Assembly: GCA_963722915.1 (NCBI GenBank)
Contig: CAVROR010000012.1
Span: 2,182 to 66,181, forward strand
Origin: an uncultured Gammaproteobacteria bacterium
GTDB lineage: Bacteria; Pseudomonadota; Gammaproteobacteria; Xanthomonadales; Xanthomonadaceae
Direction of reading: 5' to 3'
Length of the DNA stretch: 64,000 nt
Shown: in pieces, positions 44,843-54,424 of the stretch
How positions within the stretch are numbered: position 1 is the stretch's first letter
Layout: every line of letters starts with the position of its first letter
Notes under the pieces: generated by a model
Told to the model about the DNA's origin: nothing
Database searches by the model: none
What the model saw: only the letters and a program-made list of their open reading frames with translations
Position numbers and translations under genes: made by a program

Positions 44843-45871
44843 ATGAAAGTCCTCGGCATCGAAACCAGCTGCGACGAAACCGGCGTGGCCGTGTACGACA
44901 CGCAGGCCGGCCTGCGGGCCCACGCCCTGTACAGCCAGGTCGCGCTGCACGCCGAGTACGGCGGCGTGGTGCCCGAGCTGGCCAGCCGCGACCACGTCCG
45001 CAAGCTGCTGCCGCTGATCCGCCAGACCCTGGAAGAGGCCGGCATGGCGGTGGATGAGCTGGACGGCGTGGCCTACACCGCCGGTCCCGGCCTGGTGGGC
45101 GCGTTGCTGGTGGGCGCCGGGGTAGCGCGGTCGCTCGCATGGGCGCTGGAGGTGCCGGCCGTGGCGGTCCACCACATGGAAGGCCACCTGCTGGCCCCGT
45201 TGATGGAGGAGACCGACGAGGGGCCGCTGGCGCCGCCGTTCGTGGCGCTGCTGGTCTCCGGCGGGCACACCCAGCTGGTGGCGGTCGACGCCATCGGCCG
45301 TTACCGCCTGCTGGGCGAGACGCTGGACGACGCCGCCGGCGAGGCGTTCGACAAGACCGCCAAGCTGATGGGCCTGCCGTACCCGGGCGGGCCGCACCTG
45401 GCGGCGCTGGCCGAGCAGGGCCGGCCGGGCGTGTACCGGTTCTCGCGGCCGATGACCGACCGTCCCGGGTTGGATTTCAGTTTCAGCGGCCTGAAGACCC
45501 AGGTGCTGCTGGCCTGGCAGAAGAGCGACCAGAGCGAACAGACCCGCGCCGACATCGCCCGCGGCTTCGAGGATGCGGTGGTCGAGACGCTGGCGATCAA
45601 GTGCGAGCGCGCGCTGGACGCGGCCGGCTGCGAGACCCTGGTGGTCGCCGGCGGCGTGGGCGCCAACCGCCGCCTGCGCGCGCGGCTGCAGGCCATGGTC
45701 GAGCACCGCGGCGGGCGCGTCGGCTTCCCGCGGCCGGCCTTCTGCACCGACAACGGCGCGATGATCGCCTTTGCCGGTGCGCTGCGCCTGGAGGCGGGCC
45801 AGTCCGAGGACGCCTCGGTGCGCGTCACCCCGCGCTGGGACATGGAGAGCCTGCCGGCGGTGCAGGCATGA
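44843..45871 (+). CDS. tsaD: tRNA N6-adenosine threonylcarbamoyltransferase
   Basis: [19 protein letters not shown]...[10 protein letters not shown]... Confidence 0.95.
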   Translation: MKVLGIETSCDETGVAVYDTQAGLRAHALYSQVALHAEYGGVVPELASRDHVRKLLPLIRQTLEEAGMAVDELDGVAYTAGPGLVGALLVGAGVARSLAWALEVPAVAVHHMEGHLLAPLMEETDEGPLAPPFVALLVSGGHTQLVAVDAIGRYRLLGETLDDAAGEAFDKTAKLMGLPYPGGPHLAALAEQGRPGVYRFSRPMTDRPGLDFSFSGLKTQVLLAWQKSDQSEQTRADIARGFEDAVVETLAIKCERALDAAGCETLVVAGGVGANRRLRARLQAMVEHRGGRVGFPRPAFCTDNGAMIAFAGALRLEAGQSEDASVRVTPRWDMESLPAVQA

Positions 45872-45894
45872 CCGGTCGCGCGCCCGGTTTCGTT

Positions 45895-45971
45895 GTCATC
45901 CCGAGCGCAGCGAGGCATCTGCCTGTCCGCGTCGCATGCATGAAGCAGATCCTCGCTGCGCTCGGGATGAC
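45895..45971. repeat. REP/MITE-like element: 21-bp perfect inverted repeat separated by 35 bp
   Basis: GTCATCCCGAGCGCAGCGAGG (45895-45915) and CCTCGCTGCGCTCGGGATGAC (45951-45971). Confidence 0.85.
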
Positions 45972-45984
45972 GCACGGGTAGTGT

Positions 45985-46021
45985 TCCCAATCCCCAATCC
46001 CCAATCCCCAATCCCCAATCC
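45985..46021. repeat. heptanucleotide tandem array (CCCCAAT)5
   Basis: tcccaat followed by four ccccaat units, running directly into the folB ATG (46022). Confidence 0.9.
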
Positions 46022-46414
46022 ATGGACCACGTCTTCATCGAAGGCCTCGAGATCGAGGCACTGATCGGCATCTACGACTGGGAGCGGCGTATCCGCCAAC
46101 CGCTGGTGTTCGACATCGAGATGGCATTCGACAACCGCATCCCCGCCGCCAGCGACGCCATCGGCGACACGCTCGACTACAAGGCCGTCAGCAAGCGCGT
46201 GGTCGAGTACGTGTCGGCGTCGGACTTCGGCCTGGTGGAGACGCTGGCCGAGCGGGTGGCGGCGATCATCCTCGGGGAATTCGGCGTGCAGCGCGTGCGC
46301 CTGAAGCTCAGCAAGCCCGGCGCCGTGCGCGGCGCGCGCGCCGTGGGCGTGATGATCGAACGCGATGCATCCTCGCCCGGGCCGCACGGCAGCGGCGCGC
46401 AGGAGGACGCATGA
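46022..46414 (+). CDS. folB: dihydroneopterin aldolase
   Basis: MDHVFIEGLEIEALIGIYDWERRIRQPLVFDIEM...DYKAVSKRV. Confidence 0.9.
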   Translation: MDHVFIEGLEIEALIGIYDWERRIRQPLVFDIEMAFDNRIPAASDAIGDTLDYKAVSKRVVEYVSASDFGLVETLAERVAAIILGEFGVQRVRLKLSKPGAVRGARAVGVMIERDASSPGPHGSGAQEDA

Positions 46415-46908
46415 GCCGTCCCGCCACCAGCTGTGCCTACCTGAGCCTGGGCAGCAACCTGGATGCCGAGGCCAACATGCGCAGCGCGCTGGATGCCCTG
46501 CGCGAGCACTTCGGCGACGTGGTGGTGTCGCCGGTGTACCGCACGCGTGCGGTCGGTTTCGAGGGCCGCGATTTCCTCAACGCGGCCGCCATCGTTACCT
46601 GCACCACCGACCCCTATGCGCTCAACGCCTGGCTGCACGCGCTGGAGGATGCGCATGGCCGCGACCGCAGCGGCCCGCGCTGGAGCGACCGCACGCTGGA
46701 CGTCGATATCGTGCTGTTCGACGACCGCGTGCTGTCGGGGCCCGGCCACCTGCAACTGCCGCGCCCCGAACTGCAGCATGCCTTCGTGTTGCGGCCGCTG
46801 GCCGACATCGCGCCGGACGTGGAGGTGCCCGGCACGGGCCGCACCCTGGCTCAACTGTGGGCCGCTCACCCGGAGTGCGACATTCCGCTCGAGGTGGTGG
46901 CGCTTTAG
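46411..46908 (+). CDS. folK: 2-amino-4-hydroxy-6-hydroxymethyldihydropteridine diphosphokinase
   Basis: AYLSLGSNL...PRWSDRTLDVDIVLFDD...LQLPRPELQHAFVLRPLADI. The ATG overlaps the folB stop. Confidence 0.9.
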   Translation: MSRPATSCAYLSLGSNLDAEANMRSALDALREHFGDVVVSPVYRTRAVGFEGRDFLNAAAIVTCTTDPYALNAWLHALEDAHGRDRSGPRWSDRTLDVDIVLFDDRVLSGPGHLQLPRPELQHAFVLRPLADIAPDVEVPGTGRTLAQLWAAHPECDIPLEVVAL

Positions 46909-46931
46909 CGCGGCGGCAGCCGCGACGCGGC

Positions 46932-48182
46932 TCAGTCCCGCAGCCGCGGCATGCCGTGGGCGTCGCGCTCTTCCACCACGGCCTCATCCAGGATGCGGGC
47001 GCGCAGGTCGCGGCCGGGCAGTTCGGTGATCGCCTCGCCGCGGGCCGCGCGCAGGGCGTTGGCATAGCTTTGCCGCGCCAGCGCGTCATCGCCGTGCTGG
47101 GCGAAGCCGTGGCCCAGCTCTTCCCACGCCTCGCTGTTGGCGCCCTGCGCCAGCGCGCGATGCAGGTAGGTCTCGGCCTGCGGCCACTGGCCCTGTGCGC
47201 GCGCCAGGCGGGCCAGCGTCACCAGCAGGCCGGGACTGGCCGGATGCGCCTGCAGCCAACGCTCGGCGCGCTCGCGTCGCGCCTCCAGGCGGCCCACCGG
47301 CAGGCGGCCGTACAGCCCCGCCAGGCCTTCGTCCCAGTGCGTGTCCAGCGCGTGTTCGATGCTGCCGGCGGCGGCCTCTTCCCAACGCAGTGCGGCGGCG
47401 CGTTCGGCGTAGGCGGCGACGATCGCCGGGTGCGCGCGCAGCGGCTTGGGCAGCGCCTCCCAGCGATCGGCGAGCACGTTGGCGTCGCCCGCCTGCTGCA
47501 GGGCAGCCTCGGCCCAGGCGGCTTCGGCCGCGTCAAGCCGGGCTTGCGGCCAGACGTGGTGCTGGCGCAGCGCACCCAGCAGCCCGTAGGCCTCGCCGGC
47601 GCGGCCGGCGCGGGCCAGGGCCTCGGCCTGCAGCGCCAACCCGCGCGGCGGCAGGGGCTGCGCGTTGGGCGCATCCAGCGCGCTCAGCGCGTCGAGCGGG
47701 CGGCCGTCCTCCAGTGCGAGTTCGGCCAGTGCGACGGCGCGTGCGGTGGGGTGCGCGGCCGCCAGGGCATCCAGGTGCTGCTGTGCCAGCACCGCATTGC
47801 CACTGGCGGCGGCGGCGCGTGCGGCGGCCACGTGGCCGATGGCGCCGACTTCCGCATCGTCGCCGGTCAGTGCGAGCGATTTTTCCGCGCGGCTCCAGTG
47901 GCCCTGGTGCGAGGCCTCCAGGCCTTCGATCAGCCGCGCACGCGCCTGCTTCTTGCGGCGGCGGCGCAGCATCACCAGCGGCGTGGTCACCAGCTTCCAC
48001 ACCAGCCACAGGGCCAGGACGCCCACCAGCGCCAGCACCAGCGTGTAGGACAGCGATTTCTCGTAGGTGTAGTTGTCGTAGCTGACCACCACCAGCCCGG
48101 GGTCCTGCGCCAGCAGCTGCGCGACCAGTGCGCCAACCAGTGCCAGCACGATCCAGAACAACAGGCTGCGGAAGAGGTTCAT
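46932..48182 (-). CDS. hemY: HemY-like heme biosynthesis-associated TPR membrane protein
   Basis: MNLFRSLLFWIVLALVGALVAQLL, two N-terminal TM segments, Ala-rich TPR-like body. Position hemD-hemX-hemY. The ATG overlaps the hemX stop. Confidence 0.8.
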   Translation of the reverse strand: MNLFRSLLFWIVLALVGALVAQLLAQDPGLVVVSYDNYTYEKSLSYTLVLALVGVLALWLVWKLVTTPLVMLRRRRKKQARARLIEGLEASHQGHWSRAEKSLALTGDDAEVGAIGHVAAARAAAASGNAVLAQQHLDALAAAHPTARAVALAELALEDGRPLDALSALDAPNAQPLPPRGLALQAEALARAGRAGEAYGLLGALRQHHVWPQARLDAAEAAWAEAALQQAGDANVLADRWEALPKPLRAHPAIVAAYAERAAALRWEEAAAGSIEHALDTHWDEGLAGLYGRLPVGRLEARRERAERWLQAHPASPGLLVTLARLARAQGQWPQAETYLHRALAQGANSEAWEELGHGFAQHGDDALARQSYANALRAARGEAITELPGRDLRARILDEAVVEERDAHGMPRLRD

Positions 48183-49159
48183 CGGGGCTCCTGGCGCACG
48201 CTGCGCAACTGACGTAGTTGCTCGAGTGTCGTGCCCAGGGTTGCAAGCTCGGGTGAAAGGGGCAGGGCGGCGAGTTCGCGCAACGCGGCGCGGCGGGCCT
48301 CCAGCGCATCGGAGGGTGGCCACAGCCGTTGCAGCCACAGATCGGCGCGCGCCAGGGCCCCGCGCCAGGCGTCGCGGTCGCGCCGCTCGGCCGCGGCACG
48401 CGCCAGCGTGACTTCCAGCTGCAGGCCGGCCATCGCATCGCTGCGGTCGGCCGGGCGCACCGCGACGCTGCGGTGGCGGGGCTGGATGTCGAACACGGCC
48501 GAAAAGGCGCGCCGCCACCACGGGGCGTCGGTGCGGGCCTGCGCGGGCGCGATGCCGGGGGGCGTGTCCAGCCCGGCCAGCCACGTGTCCAGCCGCGCCA
48601 ATGCAGTGCTGCGCGGGTCCGCGCCCAGGGCGTCCAGGCCGGCACGTTCCTGCACCAGCACCTGGCGCAGGCCGACAAACGCCGGATCGTCGACACCCGA
48701 CAGAACGCCGTGGGCCAGCGCGTACGCGCGTTGCGCGCCGTCCAGGTCGCCGGCGATCAGCAGGCGCTGCTGGCCCAGCGTGAGCAGCAGTTCGGTCTCG
48801 TCCAGGCGCAGCGCCTGCGCGCCGTGCCGGTCAGGGTCGGACAGGCGCGCCAGGCTGTCTTCGATCAGGGCCGAGCGCTGGCCGATGCCCAGCAACTCGT
48901 CGCGCAGCACGCGGTTGGTGGCGTCGGCCTGCTGCACGCGCTGCGCCTGCGCGCGCAGGTCGCCGCGCAGCGCGCTGATGCGGTCGTTGAGCGCGGCGAT
49001 GCGGATGTCGTCGGCCGGCGCCGGTGCGGGCGATTGCCGCGCCTCCCACCACACCGCCGCGCGCCACGCCGCCAGCAGCGTCAGCGCGAGGATCAGCCAG
49101 AGCGGCCAGCGGGCCGGGCGCGGTGCCGGCGAAGGGGGGGCGGGCGGCGTGGCGGACAC
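48179..49159 (-). CDS. hemX: HemX-like membrane protein (often annotated uroporphyrinogen-III C-methyltransferase)
   Basis: One N-terminal TM segment (WPLWLILALTLLAAW), coiled-coil body, and position between hemD and hemY. Confidence 0.7.
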   Translation of the reverse strand: MSATPPAPPSPAPRPARWPLWLILALTLLAAWRAAVWWEARQSPAPAPADDIRIAALNDRISALRGDLRAQAQRVQQADATNRVLRDELLGIGQRSALIEDSLARLSDPDRHGAQALRLDETELLLTLGQQRLLIAGDLDGAQRAYALAHGVLSGVDDPAFVGLRQVLVQERAGLDALGADPRSTALARLDTWLAGLDTPPGIAPAQARTDAPWWRRAFSAVFDIQPRHRSVAVRPADRSDAMAGLQLEVTLARAAAERRDRDAWRGALARADLWLQRLWPPSDALEARRAALRELAALPLSPELATLGTTLEQLRQLRSVRQEPR

Positions 49160-49184
49160 GGCGGCATCACGATGGGGGACGCGG

Positions 49185-49952
49185 TCATGCTACCGGAACG
49201 CGCGTCCCCGCCTGCGCCTGCGCCGCGGCCGCGAGGTCGGCGGGGCGGGGGCTGCGGGCGATGGCGATGGTCTTGAACCCCTGCGCTGCCGCCACCGCGG
49301 CCAGGCGCTCGCTGGCCGCCACGACGGCCGACGCGCGCAGGCGCTGGCACAGGTCGTCGGGCAGTTCGGCCAGTACGCGCTGCAGCGCCTCCGCGCTGCT
49401 GACGGCCAGCACCCAGGGCGCGGTGGAGCGCCGCAGCGCCGCCAGTGCGCGGGAGTTCGGCGCCACCGGTACGCGGTCGTACACGTCGGCGCGCACTACC
49501 TGCAGGCCGCGCGCCGACAGCGCCGGCGCCAGCAGGCCGCGGCCGCCGGGTGCGGTGACCAGGCCCACGCGGCTGGCTGCGCCGGCGGCCAGCGCGGGCA
49601 GCGCGAGCAGGCCTTCGCTGTCCATCCGCGTCGGCTTCTGCACGTCGCGCACCCCGCAGCGGTGCAGCGCCGCCGCCGTGCCGCTGCCCACGGCGCACGC
49701 CGCCGCCAGCCCGTCCAGGGAGTGCAACCGTGCCGCCGCGTGCACCGCCGCCGGGCTGGTGAACACCACCGCGTCGGCCGCCAGCGCGCCCTGCAGGGCG
49801 GCGCGCGTGGCGGCGTCATCGCGGCACCGCAGCGTCCACGGGGACAGCGCGATCAGCCCGCCGCCGTGGCGCGCGGCGGCACGCCGCAGGCCGTCGTGGC
49901 CGCCGCGCGGGCGAAGGGAAACGAGCATCCATCGGGACGGAGGGGGCGGCAT
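49185..49952 (-). CDS. hemD: uroporphyrinogen-III synthase
   Basis: ATG at 49952. ...VVFTSPAAVHAA...VGSGTAAAL...VTAPGGRGLL...VLAVSSAEAL pattern of HemD. Start uncertain. Confidence 0.7.
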   Translation of the reverse strand: MPPPPSRWMLVSLRPRGGHDGLRRAAARHGGGLIALSPWTLRCRDDAATRAALQGALAADAVVFTSPAAVHAAARLHSLDGLAAACAVGSGTAAALHRCGVRDVQKPTRMDSEGLLALPALAAGAASRVGLVTAPGGRGLLAPALSARGLQVVRADVYDRVPVAPNSRALAALRRSTAPWVLAVSSAEALQRVLAELPDDLCQRLRASAVVAASERLAAVAAAQGFKTIAIARSPRPADLAAAAQAQAGTRVPVA

Positions 49953-50183
49953 CGCGGCAGCGTGCCATGCGGCGGACAACGCGAACAGCGCGGGGAGGCG
50001 TCGGCCCCGGTCTGCTCCGGACTGTCCAGATGTCGACGCGTCGCGCTGGTGAGGCACACCCCCTGGCTGCACCCGGGTTGGCATCGTTCAGTGGCATGCC
50101 CGCATCGCTGCCCTGGTCCTGCGCCTCGGGCCCGGATCCCGGCGCCCTGCCAGAATGGCGCGCCCACCCCCCACGGTCCGCCC

Positions 50184-50666
50184 ATGTCCGACGACGCCCT
50201 GTCCCGACTCGACCACCATTACCAGTCGATGCCGCCGGTGGCCGCAATGCGGCTGCGCATCGCCGGGTTCGACGGCGAGACCTTGCGGCTGCACGCGCCG
50301 CTGTCGGCGCATGTCAACGACAAGGGCTGTGCGTTCGGTGGCAGCCTGGCCTCGATGATGACGCTGGCCTCGTGGGGCCTGGCGACGCTGCGGATCGAAC
50401 AGGCCGGGCTGGACGCCGACGTCTACGTCGCCGACAGCCAGGTGCGCTACCTGGCGCCGCTGTTCGCCGACCTCGACGTGGTGGCCCGCGGCGATGCCGA
50501 CGCCGACTGGGACGCGTTCATCGCCACCCTGCGCGAGCGCGGCCGCGCCCGCATCGGCCTGCAGGCCTCGGCGGCGCTGCCCGAGGGCGGCATCGCCACC
50601 GGCTTCACCGCCCGCTACGTCGCGATCCTGCGCGATCCTTCCGCACTGCACCGGCCGGCGCCGTAG
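50184..50666 (+). CDS. YiiD C-terminal-domain thioesterase-fold protein
   Basis: MSDDALSRLDHHYQSMPPVAAMRLRIAGFDGETLRLHAPLSAHVNDKGCAFGGSLASMMTLASWG. Confidence 0.7.
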   Translation: MSDDALSRLDHHYQSMPPVAAMRLRIAGFDGETLRLHAPLSAHVNDKGCAFGGSLASMMTLASWGLATLRIEQAGLDADVYVADSQVRYLAPLFADLDVVARGDADADWDAFIATLRERGRARIGLQASAALPEGGIATGFTARYVAILRDPSALHRPAP

Positions 50667-50724
50667 CCTGCTACCGTCGCCACGGTCAGGTCTGCCAGGC
50701 CATCAAGCCTTCCGGAGAAGTCCG

Positions 50725-51144
50725 ATGCGTTCGATCCAGTCGTTGCTGCTGCTTGCCCTTGTCGCGTTGATGGCCGGCTGCGCCAGCATGTCCAACCAGC
50801 AGGACCTGCTCAGCCGCAACCAGTACGCGTGGTCCGAAGCGATCCGCTGGGGCGGCTTCGAGGGGGCGATGAACCTGATCGATCCGCTCAAGCGCGAGGA
50901 GCACGGGCTGACCGAGGTCGAACTGGCGCGCTATGGCCAGGTGCAGATCTCGCATTACCGCGACATCGGTGCCAGCCAGGACCTGGAAGCCGGCACCGCC
51001 GTGCGCGACATCCACATAGGCGTGGTCAACCGCCACACCATGGTCGAGCGTACCGTGCGCTACCGCGAGCAGTGGCGCTGGGACGACACCGCCCGCACCT
51101 GGTGGATCACCTCGGGCATGCCCGACCTGTGGGACGGCGAATAG
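50725..51144 (+). CDS. lipoprotein, function unknown
   Basis: GGAGAAG RBS. MRSIQSLLLLALVALMAGC lipobox. 139 aa. Confidence 0.7.
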   Translation: MRSIQSLLLLALVALMAGCASMSNQQDLLSRNQYAWSEAIRWGGFEGAMNLIDPLKREEHGLTEVELARYGQVQISHYRDIGASQDLEAGTAVRDIHIGVVNRHTMVERTVRYREQWRWDDTARTWWITSGMPDLWDGE

Positions 51145-51220
51145 GCGGCGCATCCTCCTTTTTTGCGCGACCCACCGCGCTGGGCGACAATCCCCGCCCC
51201 CTTGCCGCCGCCGTGATGCC

Positions 51221-51659
51221 GTGAACTTCGAAGAACTGCTGGCCTTTGCCGGGCGCCACCCCTATGCTGTCGATGGCGCTGGTCGGCCTGACCGTGGCGA
51301 TCGTCTACACCGAGATCGCACGCCTGTTCCGCGGCTACAAGGCGTTGCGCCCGGCCGAACTGACCGGCCTGATCAACCGCGAGAACGCGCTGGTGGTCGA
51401 CCTGTCGGCCAGCAACGATTTCGAGAAGGGCCACATCGCCGGCAGCCGCCACGTGCAGCCCAGCCAGTTCGACCCGGAAAACAAGTTGCTGGCCGCGGCC
51501 AAGGCACTGCCGGTGGTGATGGTATGCCGCACCGGCCAGGCCTCGGCGGCGGCGGCCAAGCGCCTGAAGAAGGCGGGTTTCGAGCAGGTCTACTGGCTCG
51601 ACGGCGGCATCGCGGCCTGGCAGCAGGCCGACCTGCCGCTGGTCAAGGGCCGCGGCTGA
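51221..51659 (+). CDS. rhodanese-domain membrane protein (possible frameshift near 51263; intact from ATG 51264)
   Basis: VNFEELLAFAGRHP in the frame of GTG 51221, then MLSMALVGLTVAIVYTEIARLF...CRTGQASAAAAKRLKKAGF in ORF 51246..51659. Confidence 0.75.
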
Positions 51660-51782
51660 ACACGCCGGCCAGGGCGACGGGCCCTTGTGTGGCTCCGCGC
51701 CGCCCCAAGCCTGAGACCCGGGCCGCCGAGCTGCGTGCCATAATCGCCCATTTACCGTTTAATCTAGCCGGAGTTACGAGTC

Positions 51783-52306
51783 ATGTCCGAAGAAACCACC
51801 AACGGCGCTGCCGGCCTGCCGAACCGCCCACCGGCCCCGCGTTCACCGTCGAGAAGATCTACGTCAAGGACGTGTCCTTCGAGGTGCCCGGCGCCCCGGC
51901 GGTCTTCAGCGAAACGTGCAGCCGGAGCTGCAGCTCAACCTCAACCAGCGCGTGCAGCGCCTGGGCGAGAACGCCTATCGAAGTCGTGCTGGCCATGACC
52001 CTGACCTGCAAGGCCGGCGACAAGACCGCGTACGTGGCGGAAGTGCAAGCAGGCCGGCGTGTTCGGCCTGGTCGGGCTTCGAGCCGCAGGCGCTCGACGG
52101 CATGCTCGGCACGCAGTGCCCGAACATGCTGTTCCCGTACATCCGCCAGCTGGTCAGCGACCTGATCCAGGCCGGCGGCTTCCCGCCGTTCTTCCTGCAG
52201 CCGATCAACTTCGACGCCCTGTACGCCGAAGGCCTGCGCCAGCGCGCCGGGCAGCAGGCGGCCAGGGCAACGGCTGGCCAACGCCGAAGCCGCCGGCAAC
52301 GCCTGA
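51783..52306 (+). CDS. secB: protein-export chaperone SecB (six frame switches in this sequence)
   Basis: [11 protein letters not shown] / [28 protein letters not shown] / [20 protein letters not shown] / [22 protein letters not shown] / AGVFGLVG / [49 protein letters not shown] / ...ANAEAAGNA, found in alternating frames. Confidence 0.85.
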
Positions 52307-52375
52307 TTTGTCCGGCGTCCGTCCCACCCGCGGCACGCGACGGCGCCCGCCGGCGCCCGCACCGCGACGATCGCG

Positions 52376-53382
52376 GTGCTGGGCGCCGGCTCCTGGGGCA
52401 CCGCGCTGGCGGCGCTGATGGCCCGGCACGGGCATGCCGCACCGTGCTGTGGGGCCGCGATGCCGCCAGTCGTCGCGGCCATCGACCAGCGGCACGAGAA
52501 CCCCCGCTACCTGCCCGGCATTCCGCTGCCGGAAACCCTGCGCGCCACCACCGACCTGTCGGCCGCCGCTTGCACGACGCCGAGCTGGTGCTGGTGGTGG
52601 TGCCCTCGCATGCCTTCACCGAAACCCTGCGCGCTGCTGGCACCGCTGCGCCCGGCGCGCGCCGGCGTGGCGTGGGCGACCAAGGGCTTCGAGCCCGGCA
52701 GCGGGCGGTTCCTGCATGAAGTCGCCGACGAGGTGCTGGGCCCGGCCGTGCCGCTGGCCGTGGTCACCGGCCCGTCCTTCGCCAAGGAAGTCGCGCTGGG
52801 CCTGCCCACGGCGCTGACCGTGCATGTCCGACGACCCCGACTTCGCCCAGGCCGTGGCCGATGTGCTGCACGGCCCGGCATTCCGCGCCTACACCGGCGA
52901 CGACATGGTCGGCGCCGAGCTGGGCGGCGCGATGAAGAACGTGCTGGCGGTCGCCACCGGCGTCGCCGACGGCATGCAGCTGGGCCTCAACGCCCGCGCC
53001 GGCCTCATCACCCGCGGCCTCAACGAAATGCTGCGCCTCAACCAGGCCATCGGCGGCAAGGCCGAGACCCTGATGGGCCTGGCCGGCCTGGGCGACCTGG
53101 TGCTGACCTGCACCGGCGACCTGTCGCGCAACCGCCGGCTGGGCCTGGCGCTGGGCCGGGGCCAGTCGCATGGACGATGCGGTGCGCGAGATCGGCCAGG
53201 TGGTCGAGTCGGTGCAGACCGCCGATGAAGTGATGCGCCAGGCCGAGCGCCACGGCATCGAACTGCCGATCTCCAGCGCCGTGCAGGCGGTGCTGCATGG
53301 CGACATCACCCCGGCCGACGGCCTGCAGCAGCTGCTGGCGCGCGAACAGAAGCCCGAGTACCCGGCGAGCCTGTTCGAGTAA
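52376..53382 (+). CDS. gpsA: NAD(P)H-dependent glycerol-3-phosphate dehydrogenase (about six frame switches in this sequence)
   Basis: [19 protein letters not shown] / [10 protein letters not shown] / [20 protein letters not shown] / [15 protein letters not shown] / [17 protein letters not shown]...GPSFAKEVA / [18 protein letters not shown]...[17 protein letters not shown] / [17 protein letters not shown]..., spread over three frames. True start unclear. Confidence 0.85.
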
Positions 53383-53469
53383 CCGCGTCATGGCCCGCCC
53401 GCGGGGTGATGCCTCACGCACCCGCATGAGCCGCCGTTCTTTGGCCGCGCACCGTCCACCCGCATGCTG

Positions 53470-53499
53470 CAAAAAAGAAGCCCGGCCGGAGCCGGGCTT
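53470..53499 (-). terminator. rho-independent terminator of the Ax21-family gene
   Basis: Plus strand reads aaaaaaGAAGCCCGGCcggaGCCGGGCTTC, so on the minus strand the hairpin is followed by a T6 run. Confidence 0.8.
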
Positions 53500-53569
53500 C
53501 ACATCGCGACAGCGGGGAGAACGACCGGGGAGAGAGAGATCGCGATGGGGTACTGCGGTGCCGGTGCGA

Positions 53570-54165
53570 TCAGAAGTGAAGCGCGGGCCGACGAACCACT
53601 GGGTGTCGTTGTCGGCGAACTTCACGTCGCCGTTGATGCCCCAGATCGGGTTGAACTTCACCTGCGCGCCGAGGCGGCCGTAGAAATCGCCATCGTGGGC
53701 GCCGCCGCCGATGGCTCGCCGTCCTCGTAGCCGGCCATCGCATAGCCTTCCAGCTCCGGGGCCATCGCGCCGCGCATACCGGCCTCCACGCTCCAGCCGT
53801 CGGCATCCAGGCTGTTGCCGAAGATGTCGCGGCCGGCGTCGAACTTCTCGTAGGCCACGCGGGTGACCAGGTCGGCACTCGGGCTGATCGCGTGGTTGTA
53901 GCCCAGGCCCACGCGCCACTGGTCGAAGTCGATATTGGTGTTGTCGATCTCCTGCTGGCTGTAGCCGCCGAAGATGTGGAAGTTCGGGGCGATGGCGACC
54001 GAGCCGTTGATGCCCCAGCCGTCGGCATCGCCGGCGTCGGTGTTGGTGGCGGCGTACCCGGCCTCGACGTAGTTGTAGGACACGCTCTGCGGCGGACGCG
54101 GCCAGCGGCAGCGCGGCGAGCAGGGTCAGGGCGGCAAGCTTGGAAACGGCGTTGGAACGCTTCAT
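53570..54165 (-). CDS. Ax21-family outer-membrane beta-barrel protein (about three frame switches in this sequence)
   Basis: MKRSNAVSKLAALTLLAALPLAASAAE / SYNYVEAGYAATNTDAGDADGWGINGSVAIAPNFHIFGGYSQQEIDNTNIDFDQWRVGLGYNH... / GDFYGRLGAQVKFNPIWGINGDVKFADNDTQWFVGPRF. Closely follows the Ax21/Omp1X pattern. Confidence 0.8.
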
Positions 54166-54424
54166 GGGTGGCCTCTGCAATGGGTGCGGATAACGGTTCG
54201 GGGCCGGCCGGCGGATCTTCTGGTGGACCCTGCCTTGCATCGACCCGCGTGGGCCGGATGCATCCGGTCGGGCCAGTATCCGGAGCGCGTCTCAACGAAG
54301 CCTTAATACTGAACCCGCGAGTGCAGGAACTTACACGCCCCGTTCATGGTCCGGGCGGGCGGACTTCACCCCACCCCCGTTCGCGGCCCTGGTGCACGCA
54401 AATGGGCGCAGCGCGGCCTGACGC

